Below, one piece after another: positions 1 to 13,555 of a DNA stretch of 64,000 nucleotides. A model generated the notes under the pieces. It was not told the origin of the DNA and did not search any database. It worked only from the letters and a program-made list of their open reading frames with translations. The translations under genes and the position numbers were made by a program. Origin of the DNA: Octopus sinensis (lineage: Eukaryota); assembly GCF_006345805.1 (NCBI RefSeq), contig NC_043005.1, forward strand, positions 37,076,001-37,140,000. Reading direction: 5' to 3'. Positions within the stretch are counted from its first letter, which is position 1, and the number at the start of each line of letters is the position of its first letter.

Positions 1-173
1 AAAAAAATTGGGACAAACCAACTTTTTTCACCCAGTAATCTACACGCTGATAGTTATGGCTTTATCTACTTCGAGTTCCATCGTTGAAAAGAACTTCGTA
101 TATGTACGTACGTAAGTATGCATGCATGTACATATATCTGTACATATAAATAAATGTATATACATTTGTGTGT

Positions 174-256
<83 letters not shown>

Positions 257-624
257 TGTGCATAGGTGTTTGTATTATACAAATAGAATCTCTCATGTGT
301 AATTCCACTAAATAGCATACGAATATATGCATAGATGCATTCAAACACATACTTATATACATAAATATATACACACACAAACGTATTTATATTCTTGCAT
401 ACATACTGACAATCAGATAAATATCTGGTACATATATAAATCGTATGTATATATATATATGCAAGTGTATATGTACGTATGTATGCATGTACTTATGCTT
501 GTACGTATGTATATAAGTGAGTCTATATATATATGTGTGTGTGTGTGTGTTTGTATGAATGTGTATAAGTGAGTGTTATAGTAATAGAATTTGTCATGTG
601 TAATCCCACTAAATAGCACACGAG

Positions 625-682
<58 letters not shown>

Positions 683-684
<2 letters not shown>

Positions 685-1156
685 GAATTGAAGAAATGGA
701 GCTGAACGCAGATTGAACAGAAATCGTTTTATTTCATTCTACACGTGTTTCGAAAGGCACAAATTACCAAAATCCGATTGAATAATGGGACCATATTGTG
801 TCTTTCTCTTCAGGAAGAAAATAGGAAATCCGTTGGAAAAACAAAAACAGAACAGAGGCGGAGCAAAAACAAATCGAACTATGCTCCTAAGAGCCCATTA
901 TTCAATCGGATTTTGGTAATTTGTGCCTTTCGAAACACGTGTAGAATGAAATAAAACGATTTCTGTTCAATCTGCGTTCAGCTCCATTTCTTCAATTCAC
1001 CAATAATGTTTTAATTTCAATTATCCGCACCAACGCACGGTTGCAACACCATATGGTTGTACCTCCAACCGTGCTGTTTACTGCTGTGATTTTTGCTACT
1101 AAGGTATCGGTTAAACTTTTGATTAATCTACTACAAGATTATTCATCTTTCTATTT

Positions 1157-1160
<4 letters not shown>
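683..1160. mobile_element. (TA)n-flanked short Penelope-tail-like element with perfect 107-bp inverted arms and a hammerhead ribozyme
   Basis: 683-789 is the exact reverse complement of 894-1000. The element is bounded by (TA)n at 624-680 and about 1160-1186, and contains a hammerhead core on the minus strand. No ORF. Confidence 0.7.
732..820 (-). ncRNA. Type I hammerhead ribozyme (minimal, palindromic stem III)
   Basis: Minus strand reads TTTCTTC-CTGAAGA-GAAAGACAC...GTGCCTTTC-GAAA-CACGTGT-A/GAATGAAA. This gives the full CUGANGA and GAAA core, stem II of 8/9 bp, stem III palindrome ACACGTGT, a GUA cleavage triplet, and stem I with one bulge. Confidence 0.75.
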
Positions 1161-1187
<27 letters not shown>

Positions 1188-1712
1188 AGGTACTTAAACA
1201 CATACATACTTGTATACATAAATATAAACCCACGCATAAACGTATTTATATGCCTGCACACATACAAACAGACATATCTATGGTACATATATATAAATCG
1301 TATTAAAAATGAATATTGATAAAGTGAAAAATGACAGTACATTAAGTTAAATATCCCTTTAATGTGTTTATGTCAATCACCCCACCTTACCATTTATGAT
1401 AAGGAAAGTTATCAACGCTCTCTTTCTCAATATAAATACGCAGATAGACACACACACACACGCACACACACACACACAAACAAACACACACACACACATA
1501 CTCACAAACATACACACACACATACACACACATGCAAGTACGCAGTGATTGTTACGGAATGCAAATATACCTACTAGTGAAAATCAGTAGCTAACTGGAA
1601 TAGAAACTGTGTCGATGTGAAAGCTGGTGGACCTAGTGCTTCAAGATAAGGTTCCAGCGATATACAAACACACACATGCATATACATGCACACACACACG
1701 TATGCATATACA

Positions 1713-1753
<41 letters not shown>

Positions 1754-1997
1754 ACATGCACACACATGCATGAAGATTTGTCGGTAAAATGTTAAATACA
1801 TGCAGCGAGACTTCTGGTAGACTGCATTGAGAAACGTTATATTTCTTGGTAGAAATGTTAAGTTTCTTAACTTTGTTCCACGTTGGGAGAATCGTTTTCA
1901 ACATATCCGACAAAATTCTTCTTTGGCGGGTAAGAAAATTACTCGAAACATCAGAGACGCTTCTCCCAATGTCATGTGAACTCCATAAATTATACGT

Positions 1998-2382
1998 GGA
2001 GGCGCAGTGGCCCAGTAGTTAGGGCAGCGAACTCGCAGTCTTAGGATCGTGGTTTCGATTCCCAGACAGGGCATTGTGAGTATTTATTGAGCGAAAACAC
2101 CTAAAGCTCCTCGAAGTTCCGACAAGGGGTGGTGGTGAACCCTGCTGTACCCTTTCACTACAACTTTCTCTTATTCTTTCTTCCTGTTTCTGTTGTACCT
2201 GTATATCAAAGGACCAGCCTTGTCACACTCTGTGTCACTCTGAATCTCCCCGAGAACTACGTTAAGGACACACGTGTCTGTGAAGTGCTCAGCCACTTGC
2301 ACGTTAATTTCACGAGCAGGCTGTTCCATTGATCGGATCAACTGGAACACTCGTCGTCGTAACCGACGGAATACCAACAATA
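1998..2382 (+). mobile_element. tRNA-derived SINE (head family 1, tail type a)
   Basis: GGAGGCGCAGTGGCCCAGTAGTT (A-box-like) and GGTTTCGATTCC (B-box-like), a central CT-rich domain, and an end at ...GACGGAATACCAACAA. Confidence 0.75.
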
Positions 2383-4180
2383 AGCAGCCCATTCATAAAA
2401 ATTCGTGCTGAATAAATACCGCGTAAATTTGCCTGTATGATACACAAATAGCAATTTCAATCTAAATTTGTTTCTAACATTACCTGGTGAAAAATTAAGG
2501 AACACAATGCTTATTGTAACATTCAGAAACTTTCAGATTTCATCAAAATTGAATATTTCAAGCTTTTTGGAAACTTTAAAAGAAATTCGCGTGCGCGCGC
2601 AAACACACACATATATGCATCTATAACTTACTTGTCTGTGCGTGTGCATGTTATAGAGACAAAAAGTCTACAGATATGAATGAAGACATTAATTATTGTT
2701 CCGAGTTTTCACCTTTCCGATCTTCAGACTAAACCAGAGATTCCCTATTGTATATTGTTTTCCACAGAGTGGGGAGCATGAAAATCTCCTTCATACGAAA
2801 TGTACAGGCATGATACAAAAGAATGGAAAGCCTCGAACAGATTTCAGAAATCTTATTGAGAAGAATATGGAATTCGATGCAAGGCTTTCAATACATAGGG
2901 AGAGAGAGGGAGAGAGAGTGAAGGGAGAGAGAGGGATAGGGAGAGAGGTGGGACAGGGAGAGGGATAGGGCAGAGAGGGAGAAAAATGTAATTGTATAAT
3001 TTGCTCCCGTTTTCTCATGAAAAGATATAAATATATGTTGTAGATTATGGAAGAATTTGTTGAAAATCCGATGACAGAATTTATTCTTCAAAAAAAGTCA
3101 GGTGATGTGATTTTATAAAAGGCAATCGATATTTCATACATGCCAGAAAATAGAAGGATAGACAGAACGGGAAGAAATATGAATGCTGGGAAATACAAGT
3201 AAGCAGGGGAAAATCTTATGAAATAGATTTGAAACTTCCGTTTCAGGCAACATTTTGCGTCTTTTCATACACCCTGTACATTCACGTTTATGCACCCATA
3301 CGCAAAAGTGTATACATATGAATGTGCGTGCAGAAACATGAAGAGAGATGAAAGCTTGTAAGAAGCGTTATCTCCTTAGAGGTATAAAACGTTGCATGAG
3401 TATTATCTAACTTCAACATCTTGTAGAGGACTTAATTCTTTCCCCTACAAACCAAAATGTTTTTCCAATTTTTTCCCAAGCATTCTTCTCCCTCTACTCT
3501 TATGCATTCTTCTAATTACGTAAAATCGATTGACTTTATCATATAATCACATCATAAGCCTTTTCTTATAAAAATTCTCTACTCAATGAACTCTATTCAT
3601 GAAACATTTTCACTATATTTTCCATAATCTATAATTTATATATTTTTCTATGCCCTTTCATTATTAAACAGATCAGCTTATAAATTTGTGCTCCCTATCA
3701 TTAAGTATGTTCACCCAGACATCCATATACTACAGGTAGAAAACACTTTTCTTTGCATCCAAAGAAAACTCAGTAACAAGTATTCTTCTGAACACCCTTA
3801 AAGAAATTTTCTTTCTTCTCCATTCATTTCATCTGTTGTATTTAGCATACTTTTCCCATAAAAAAAAAAAGTATTGTTGCAGTTATTTTTTCCTTGAAGC
3901 TACTATAAGCATTGACTGTTCTTGCTTTAGTCATTCCTTCTATCCAAATATATGGAATGTGAAACTTAGGCTAATAGCTGATGGAGGCTCCTAGAGGTTT
4001 CAACTCTGAATATGTATCATCATCATCCTCATCATCATCATCATATTCATCATCATCATTTTAACATGCACTTTCCATGCTTGCATGAGTCAGATGGAAT
4101 TTGTTGAAAGAGATTTTCTTCAGCCACATATACTTCCTGTCATCAATTCACACTTGCTTCCAAGGTAATATATCTTCATG

Positions 4181-4375
4181 ATCAGGAGTGACTGTGTGGT
4201 AAGTAGCTTGCTTACCAACCACATGGTTCTGGGTTCAGTTCCACTGCGTGGCACTTTGGGCAAGTGTCTTCTACTATAGCCTCGGGCTGACCAAAGACTT
4301 GTGAGTGGATTTGGTAGACAGAAACTGAAAGAAGCCCGTCGTATATATGTATATGTATGTATATATGCATGTGTG
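4181..4375 (+). mobile_element. tRNA-derived SINE family 2 (5' part)
   Basis: CAGGAGTGACTGTGTGGTAAGTAGCTTGC...GGTTCAGTTCCACTGCGTGGCAC...GAAAGAAGCCCGTCG. Related pieces occur at about 17561, 23455, 26685, 30690, 34020, 49085, 50615, 52730, 60100, 60460 and 62575. Confidence 0.8.
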
Positions 4376-4400
4376 TGGGGGGGGGTGTCTGTGCGTGTGT

Positions 4401-4664
4401 GGAGGCACATGGCCTAGTGGTTAGAGCAGCAGACTTGTGGTCGAGAGATTGTGGGTTCGAATCTCAGACCGGGCAATGTGTGTGTTCATGAGCAAAACAC
4501 CTAATCTCCATGCAGCTCTGGCAGAAGGTAATGACAAACTTCTGCTGACTCTTTCACCCCAACTTTCTCTCACTCTTTCCTCCTGCATCTTGCTGCTCAC
4601 CTGCAATGGACCGGCATCCCATCCAGGTGGGGAACCTGTACGCCAAGGAAACCGAGAAGGAACA

Positions 4665-4680
<16 letters not shown>
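4401..4680 (+). mobile_element. tRNA-derived SINE (head family 1, tail type b)
   Basis: Same head and CTTTCACCCCAACTTTCTCTCACTCTTTC domain as 1998-2382 but a different 3' tail, ending in (AAC)n then (TA)n. It sits in the tail region of the preceding SINE. Confidence 0.75.
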
Positions 4681-4743
<63 letters not shown>

Positions 4744-5401
4744 TATGTATGTATGTATGTATATATGAGAAGGGGAGATAATCTCTAGAATTAAGTATTT
4801 TCCAAAACATAGCTACCTCAGTTTGGGAGAGAGAGTAGAAAGAAGGGAAAGGAGAGCAGGATAAGACGATAATGTGCTAAGGTGTACACCCAAGATACAG
4901 AGAAGACTAAATTCCCTCAACCAAGAAACTTAGATACATACAAAAAGAGTAGAACATATTTTTGGCTTAGATAATTTGGATAATTAAACAAAAATGAGCT
5001 AAGAGAAATAACACAGAGTTATATATATATAGTTAAATAACTGTTAAATAGCTAATATGTTTCCATTTCTAAAAAATTGATGAAAGACAATAAAACAAAA
5101 CAACTATTTGTAAAAACTTTACCTATTAAGCAATTATTTCAACTCTACATCCTATATATTTAATAATTTTTATTGATTTTTTCACTAACAATGTTCTTTC
5201 CAAAATATGCCTTCAATTATATAAGTCTATGTATGTGTGTATATACATATTTATATATGTGTGTATGTATGTGTGTGTGTCTATGTGTAAACATCTGTTT
5301 ATTATGCATATAGTCATACACACACACATTTATATAGACATAGATACATATACGCTAAACGATGATGATGATGATGATGATGATATATATATATATTATT
5401 A

Positions 5402-5438
<37 letters not shown>

Positions 5439-5478
5439 TGCATATATATATGTATACATATATACATATATATATATA

Positions 5479-5511
<33 letters not shown>

Positions 5512-5547
5512 ATATATATATATATATAATATATATGTATATATATG

Positions 5548-5610
<63 letters not shown>

Positions 5611-5914
5611 GCACAATGCACACACATATGGACACATGCATGCATTATGGAAGAAGAAGAAAATTCCATTCCTTACAAACCAACTGAATCAAATACGTAA
5701 TTAGTGACACACTTCTTAGCAGTTGATGAGTTATTAACTTCCAGCTTAATTGGCAGTGGCAATTTATTTTTTTATTTTTTTATATTTTTATTTATATCTT
5801 TTTATTAAATCTGGTTTATATTTTTGGATCATACTTCGAAATAATTAGTTGCATCTTTTCCTGAATAATTATGAAACAATAATTCTTCACTGCTTAAAGT
5901 TTAGCAATACGTAG

Positions 5915-6007
5915 CTCATTATTGTTATTATTATCATTATTATCACTATTGCTATTATTATTATTATCATTTTTATCACTATTGCTGCTATTATTATTAT
6001 TATTATA

Positions 6008-6069
<62 letters not shown>

Positions 6070-6205
6070 CATATTATTATTATTATTATTATTGTTATTA
6101 TTATTATTATTATCACTATTGCTATTATTATTATTATTATCATTATTATCACTATTGCTATTATCATTCATCATCATCATCATCATCATCATCATTATTA
6201 TTATT
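5915..6205. repeat. (ATT)n/(ATC)n compound microsatellite
   Basis: Directly visible; it explains the poly-M/N/I ORF at 5887-6195. Confidence 0.95.
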
Positions 6206-7569
6206 AATGTTTGTCGTGAGTATAATTACTTTTTTGTTAAAAAATAATATATTGAGAATTATTTTCTTTGTCAAGATCATTGGCCAACAAATTTGAATAA
6301 GTTGAAATATTAGATCAGGTGTAACAATCCCTTAATTAGTATCAATTAATACTGAATGGAAATAACAAATTAAGATGAAAATGTGATCTGGAAACTTAAG
6401 TGTAGACTCCTAAATAATATAGTGTTTGTTAGAATTTTTATATATACATATAAGCATACACATTAAGGCACACACATGCACATACACATAGACAGACTAA
6501 TGCACACACTCACACACAAACATATGCATATTCACACAGTTTATTTGAGCTGATTCCCCAACATGTTTGTTCCTCAAACAGAAAGACATACAAACTTCCT
6601 TGATATGTATATATGTATATGTGTATCTGTGTCTGTGTGTATGTGTGTGCATGTTTACTTGGGTGTATGCACATGGGTGTATGTGTTTTCTTGTCTTGAC
6701 ATTGTGTGAAAACTAGAAATGAGAGATATCATTGTACAAGCAGTGTCCTTCATTTCCAATTTTGCATGAAAATATGTTTAGCTGTGGGAAATACAACATT
6801 GCTTGGGAATGGGTGAGGGTTTGTGATAGGATTTGCATCTGAGCAAAGAATATCTGCTTCAGCTGATTTGACCTCAGACATCATGCAAATGATAGTGGTA
6901 TACGCACACAAACACACACACACTAACACACGCACACACTTATACACACACACACACACACCACTAACACACATATACATACACACATGTATAATCATTT
7001 AATCTTCATTTAATATGCTGGCATGGGTTAGATGGTTTGACAAGATTTGGTGAGCTGCAAGGGTGCATTGAGTTCTTATATAATTTTGGCATGGTTTCTA
7101 CAGCTGAATGCCCTTCCTAACAGCATATATATATAGAAATATATTACACACACACACACACACAAATGAGAGGAAGAAAGCAAGTGCAATGAGTATCTTC
7201 ATTTTGCCTCTAGTCTTCAGTTATTGCATATGTTGGGCAACTCTGGACCTTTCCACTTGTTGCAATCCTATATCATCTCTTGTACAAAGTTCAGCAACCT
7301 CAGATCAATTCCCATTTCTTCTTCCTTTATCTTCCTTGGACTTCCTTTTCTATATATTTCTTATACTTGCTTCTTTTATTTTTTTTCTCATTTCTTTACC
7401 AACTATTGTCTTCCCAACATATTACATGTTGGTACCAATACATTTTCCTCCAGTGCATGGTATATTTGATTTCTCTTACACTCAGGTTTTCTCTCTCAGT
7501 ACATGTACGTTACATTGCTTAGTGATTCTAGCAATGTAGGTAGTCCATTGGTGTCCAATGATGACAAGT

Positions 7570-8040
7570 CTGTATTCTCAGCAATGAAAGTGCATGTGAC
7601 TCTGCAGTCCAAAGCTGGAAGCACACTGGCACCCTAAGATATCACAGCAATAGTCTGTTCACTGAACTGAGGCAGAGTCTGCCCTATGAAGTCTTTCTCT
7701 TGCAGCTTTGAGATGCTGTCACTGGTCCTCTTTGAAGGCAGCTGCTGTTCATGAGGTGAGAGTACTCCATGTTGATCTGTCAAATGGGCTAATGCCGCTC
7801 CATTTGAGGTTAATTTTCAGAGTGTCTTTGTACCTCAGTTTAGGTCTTCCTCATTTGTGTGAGCCCTGCATGAGCTCACCATACAACAGCAGTCTGGGTA
7901 TACAGTTGTCAGTCATACTGCTGACATGGCCCACCCAGCGTAACTGAGCCTTCGGCAACGTTAACTCAATGCCTGTTGAACAAACTCTGTCCAGTACTTC
8001 TTGTAACATTACACATCCAGCAAAGCATGACCATCTGCAG
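7570..8040 (-). pseudogene. RTE-clade LINE ORF C-terminal relic
   Basis: Minus translation LRWVGHVSSMTDNCIPRLLLYGEL...GRPKLRYKDTLKINLK...CQCASSFGLQSHMHFH matches the RTE post-RT region and C-terminal zinc finger; it contains stops. Confidence 0.8.
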
Positions 8041-8049
8041 TCAATGTCC

Positions 8050-8500
8050 TACCACTATGATTCAATAAAACATTTCATACTCAAACATCATAAAATCTAT
8101 CCTTGACTCAGCAGAAAATTTCTTTGTTGCCAGCAGAGGTAAAAGAACCCTGACCTTTTCCCACTCAATTCTCACCCAGACTACTATGCTTTCTGAACAC
8201 CTCTCTCCATTATTGTAAATATTTCTTATATATCCCAGGGTATCAACTATTTTGATGAGACCTTCCATTCATTTGATGGAATACATTTTGTAGGTGTTTT
8301 CATTGCTAACTACTTCTGCTTCTCCATTACATACAAAGGATTCTCTCTCAGTGTAACCATAATCCCTTTACATGTCACGTGCACCCATAATTCACATTGA
8401 ATACACTGTATGGTATATTTAAAAATTCCATTTCTGGAAACTGAACAGGATGATTTCCCAAATGATAGAAGAGTTATATCTTATTTCTTGCTTGCAAAAA
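8050..8500 (-). pseudogene. Degenerate RTE-like LINE RT fragment
   Basis: CIQCELWVH and ERCSESIVVWVRIEWEKVRVLLPLL are homologous to the 10881-11072 peptide (GCPESIATKIRIAWAKFRKLL). Confidence 0.6.
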
Positions 8501-8688
8501 CTTTGGTGGGAGGTAATCTGAGGCTTCTCATTTTTATGCTTGGCTTCAGACTTTAGCATTTCTTCTCTGATTTCTTGACCAATTCAGCTATGACGCCATA
8601 TAAATACATTTATATATGTGTGTGTGTATGTGTATCTAGGTACACATGTAGATATATTATGAGAGGAGAGAGAGAGAGAGAGAAAGAA

Positions 8689-8741
<53 letters not shown>

Positions 8742-8847
8742 ATACTTTTATTCTATCCTTACCAAGGAGCATTACTCAGTTCAATCAGAAATATAATCAC
8801 ACACTCACAGCCCCCAAACATACAGTGTTGCAACCTTACATTTAAGC

Positions 8848-8888
<41 letters not shown>

Positions 8889-9660
8889 TAGAAGGAGGGA
8901 GAGAGAGATGGGGGGAGAGACAGAGAGATGTCAAATTTACTATATACCACTGCAGTTTTATCACCAGCAGCATTAGTACAGAGGCTCAACAAGTACTTCA
9001 TTAACAGCTGCTACTTATAAGCATGCAGACAGGAGCACTCACTTTCATACGTGTACAGAAACAGACACATAGATACATTTATAAATATATATACACATAT
9101 ATACATGTGTGTGTGTTTGTGTGTATGTATGTGTGTGTGTGCAAGTATGTATGTATATTATATGAATCAATGACTCAATACATATATGAAAATATCTATA
9201 ATCAATGTATCAGCATATATATTTCTATATGTATCTCTCTCTCTCTCTCTCTCACTCACTCTCTCTACATATATTCATATATATTTATATATATAATATA
9301 CACACACATATATATGTCTATCTTATTATACTCTCTCTCTCTCTCTAATATATATATATATATTATATATATATATATATATTATAATATATATATATAT
9401 ATTATATGGAGAGAGAACAGAGATAGATAGATACATAGATAATAAATAGATGGATAGAGATATACAATGAGAGAGAGAGAAGAGACTAAACACAATAAGA
9501 AGGGATGGCTCAAAGCATCACTGCATGCATTTTAGAAGTGTGGTTAATCCCATTGCAATATATACATATGTATGTATGTGTGCATATGCGTGTATAATAT
9601 ATGTATATATATGTATATATATATATATATAGATATATATTATTATATATATATAATATA

Positions 9661-9705
<45 letters not shown>

Positions 9706-9774
9706 GTGTATATACATATATATATATATGTATATATATATATGTATATACATGTATATATATGTATAATATAT

Positions 9775-9805
<31 letters not shown>

Positions 9806-10044
9806 TATATATATGAATATAGATGTATATATATTCTTTTGTCTCTTCTGTTATTCTTTTGTCTTTTCTGTTATTCTTTTATTTGTTTCAGTCATTTGAC
9901 TGTGGCCATGTTGGAGCACCGCCTATATGTACATATATATAAGCATATATATATATGTATATATAATAATAATATTTGGGAGTACAATTGCATAATAGTA
10001 GTTTTTCTCTAATTTATATATATTATATGTATATATATATGTAT

Positions 10045-11110
10045 GTATGTCATCATCGTTTAACGTTTAATATCTGTTTTCCTTGCTGACATGAGTTGAA
10101 CAGATTGACTGGGAACTGGCAAGCAAGTAGGCTGCACCAGGCTCCAATCTGATCTGGCAAGGTTTCTACATCTGGATGCCCTTCCTAACGCCAACAACTT
10201 CAAGAGTGAAATGGGTGCTTTTTATGTGCTACTGGCATGGGAGCCAGTCTGGTGGCACTGTCATTGACCATGTTCGGATAGTGCTTTTTATGTGCTGCCA
10301 GCATGGGGAGCTAGTCAGGTGGCACTTGCATGAACCCATGCTTGAATGCTGCTTATTACATGCCACCAGCAAGGGTGCCAGTCAGGTGGTACTGGCATTG
10401 GCCACAACTACAAATTCCATTTTCATTTCGATTTTGATTTGATTTTGATTTTACTTGACTCAATAGATCTTCTCAAGTGCGGCATATTGCCTGATGATTC
10501 AAGGGTACTTTTAAATGGGCTACTTATGCAACACTGGTATAGACTACATCTATGATCACACTTTACTTTCTGGATCTTCTCAATCCCAACATATCTCCAA
10601 AGTTCTCGGTCCCTTGTCATTGCCTCTGTGAAGCCCAACATTCGAAGGTCATCCTTCACCACCTCATCCTATGTCTACCTGGGTCACCCTCTTCCATGGA
10701 TTCCTTCCACTGTTAGGGTATGCATACTCTGCCATTATGCATACTGACATTACACATCCATCAGACCTTACTAGCTTCATTTCTTTCAAGCCTACGTATG
10801 TCCCCTACAGTCATGGCCCATGTTTCACTGCTGTGTAGCATGGCTATTCGTACACATGTACCATGCAGTCTACCTTTCCCTCAGAGCAAGAAGCGCTTTG
10901 CTACCAGCAGAAGTAGGAGCTTTCTGAACTTTGCCCAGGCTATCCTTATTTTAGTGGCAATGCTCTCAGGGCATCCATCCCCACTACAGATTTGGTCACC
11001 AAAGTAGCAGAAGCTATCAGCTACTTCTAGTTTCTCCCCCATGGCATGTAATGGAATCTGTTTTCTGAACATCTTCGGTGTTTATTGCTCCTGTGCATCT
11101 ACTGCACACA
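10045..11110 (-). mobile_element. 5'-truncated RTE-like LINE: RT C-terminus plus long 3' UTR with hairpin array and (GAT)n tail
   Basis: KLEVADSFCYFGDQI...RIAWAKFRKLL and MVKDDLRMLGFTEAMTRDRELWR, then a UTR running continuously into GTTGGCGTTAGGAAGGGCATCCAG and ...AAACGATGATGAC. Confidence 0.8.
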
Positions 11111-11306
11111 AAAACTATTATCTTGGTTAACCTTACTTTGATATTGCTGCACTTCTTATGTGTCTATAGTTTACACAGGATACATCTTATGGAGTTTCTA
11201 CCTACACCTTTTCTACAGATTGAGCAGGGCCATCTACTTAAATGGGCTTGTGATTAGTCTGCCTTCATACTTACTAGAACTTAGGTTTTTGCTAGATTGA
11301 CTCTAA

Positions 11307-11360
<54 letters not shown>

Positions 11361-11371
11361 ATATATATATA

Positions 11372-11780
11372 TTGTTAAAGAGGACAACAAACGTCACATG
11401 CATTATTACTATTGGAAAAAATTCAAAGTCTTACAGCTGTTTCTGGGATATTCCAAAGTATGGGATATTCCATCATCAGAATTTTTAGACATAATCTTCA
11501 AATAAGTTATTTCGTAATCTAAGATCAGAAGATATACTCACTTTTGCCTGAAGATATCCAGCAATATATGATTTATTACATTTAAAACAGAATATGGATG
11601 CTGCTATCTTATGAAGATTTCCTGTCTTCACATTAAAAGCACAAAATAGGGAGTAGTAAAACAGTCAACAACTGACGAGCAAGATGTCTTCTGGTATTTT
11701 GTCCTGTACTTATCTCATGTGTGTTTACATATTTTTCACTCGTTGGTGATGTCCTTTCCTTAATGTGTATTTTTTATTTA
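11372..11780. mobile_element. (TA)n-flanked short element carrying a hammerhead ribozyme
   Basis: Unique-sequence block between TA-rich tracts; hammerhead core on the minus strand at 11432-11479. No ORF. Confidence 0.55.
11420..11490 (-). ncRNA. Type I hammerhead ribozyme (minimal, palindromic stem III)
   Basis: Minus strand reads CTGATGA-TGGAATATCCCA-TACTT-TGGAATATCCCA-GAAA-CAGCTGT-A/AGAC. Canonical core, stem II 10/12 bp, stem III palindrome ACAGCTGT, GUA triplet; stem I is weak. Confidence 0.7.
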
Positions 11781-12397
11781 TGTATATGTGTGTATATATT
11801 TAGATATATATATATATGTACATGCATAAATATATATGTATGTTTATTTATATAAGTATATATATATATATACACACATACACATATATGTATGTATGCA
11901 CGTATGTATATATAACCTTTTATTTTTCTTTCTGTTTTGAAATTTATGCATCATGTCACTCGCCAACAGCATTTATAGATGGGGAGAATTAATAGGAGTG
12001 ATTATAGTGGCTTTATGGGAGTTTCGACTGCTATTTCTAGGCATGTAAGAGTTTTTAAACCTCTCCATTATAACTGTGATTTTTCACAATTATTGCACTC
12101 TTCTTTTATATATATGGGTGTGTGTATGTGTGTGTATGTATATACATATATGTGTGTATCTATATATATTTATATGTATACATATGTATATGTATATAAA
12201 AATGCATGTATATGTATATATGAGTATATATATGTATATATTGATATATGCATATATATGTATGGATATATATTTATATATATATATATATTTATATATG
12301 TATATATATGTATGGATATATTATATACTGAATATTATATATGCATATATACATATATGTGTATATATATAATATATATATATATCTATATATATAT

Positions 12398-12433
<36 letters not shown>

Positions 12434-12462
12434 GATGCATGTATACATATATGTATACATAT

Positions 12463-12494
<32 letters not shown>

Positions 12495-13486
12495 CATACA
12501 CATATACAACATACATTTACTCTTCCCTACACACATAATGACATACATGCAAACCCACTCCTCCAATCTTTATAAACCATGCAGCCAACTTTTGGTTATG
12601 AAATCATCAAGCACAATATAATATCCTAGAGACAAAAGCCTCTTTGCATTTGATGTAATTGGGTTTGGCAACTCTTTTGTAAATGTGAGGCGAAGGCAAA
12701 CAGTTTGAATATAAGATGAAGCTAAGCATGATTGTATGTGTTTCAATGTATATGGATGTGTGTGTGTGTCTGTGTGTGTCTGTGTGTGTGTGTTTGTGTG
12801 CAGTTATATTCATGTATCAGAGCACATTTGTGCATGCATGCATGCATGCATTTCAGTAACTGTGTATATGTATATGTTTTTAAGGGAGTGTATTTAGAAT
12901 TGATTCTTTTTTTTTTGTTATTTATTTTACTTATGCAATTGTATGCGCAAATGTGCATTTTACGTGTATGCATGCCTTAATATTCGCTACTTTTTAACAT
13001 GAGTATGTAACCATGAGGATATGAGTGTTTGCGAGTAAACATAAAATTGTGTACGTGTGTAAAAGTATCAGTCTCTCCTTTATAAGAAATTATGTTTGTT
13101 TGTGTGTGTGTGTGTGTGTTTATGTGGTGGTGGTTATCGAACTTTAAGGTGAAGTTTGTATGGATTTGTGCAAAATTTTTATGCACACTACTTCATATTG
13201 TTTATGCATGCATGTGTATATAAACACACACACACACATATAAATATATGAATGTATTTATATATATGTATGTATGTATATATGTATGCTTGTATATAAG
13301 TATATATATATATGTATATATATATGTATGTATATATATATACATATATATATGTGTGTGTGTGTGTATATTTATATATATATATATATATTATATATAT
13401 ATATGCATATATATGTGTTGTGTGTTTATATATATGTATGTATGTATATATATGTGTATATATATATATATATGCATATATATGTA

Positions 13487-13555
<69 letters not shown>

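Noticed and set aside
1882-1970. Short inverted repeat enclosing CCGACAA...CTCGAAACATC, a possible hammerhead
   Set aside because: Stem II and stem I do not pair in the required register.
2696-2740. CTGAAGA...GAAA on the minus strand
   Set aside because: There is no stem II or stem III; it is a chance match.
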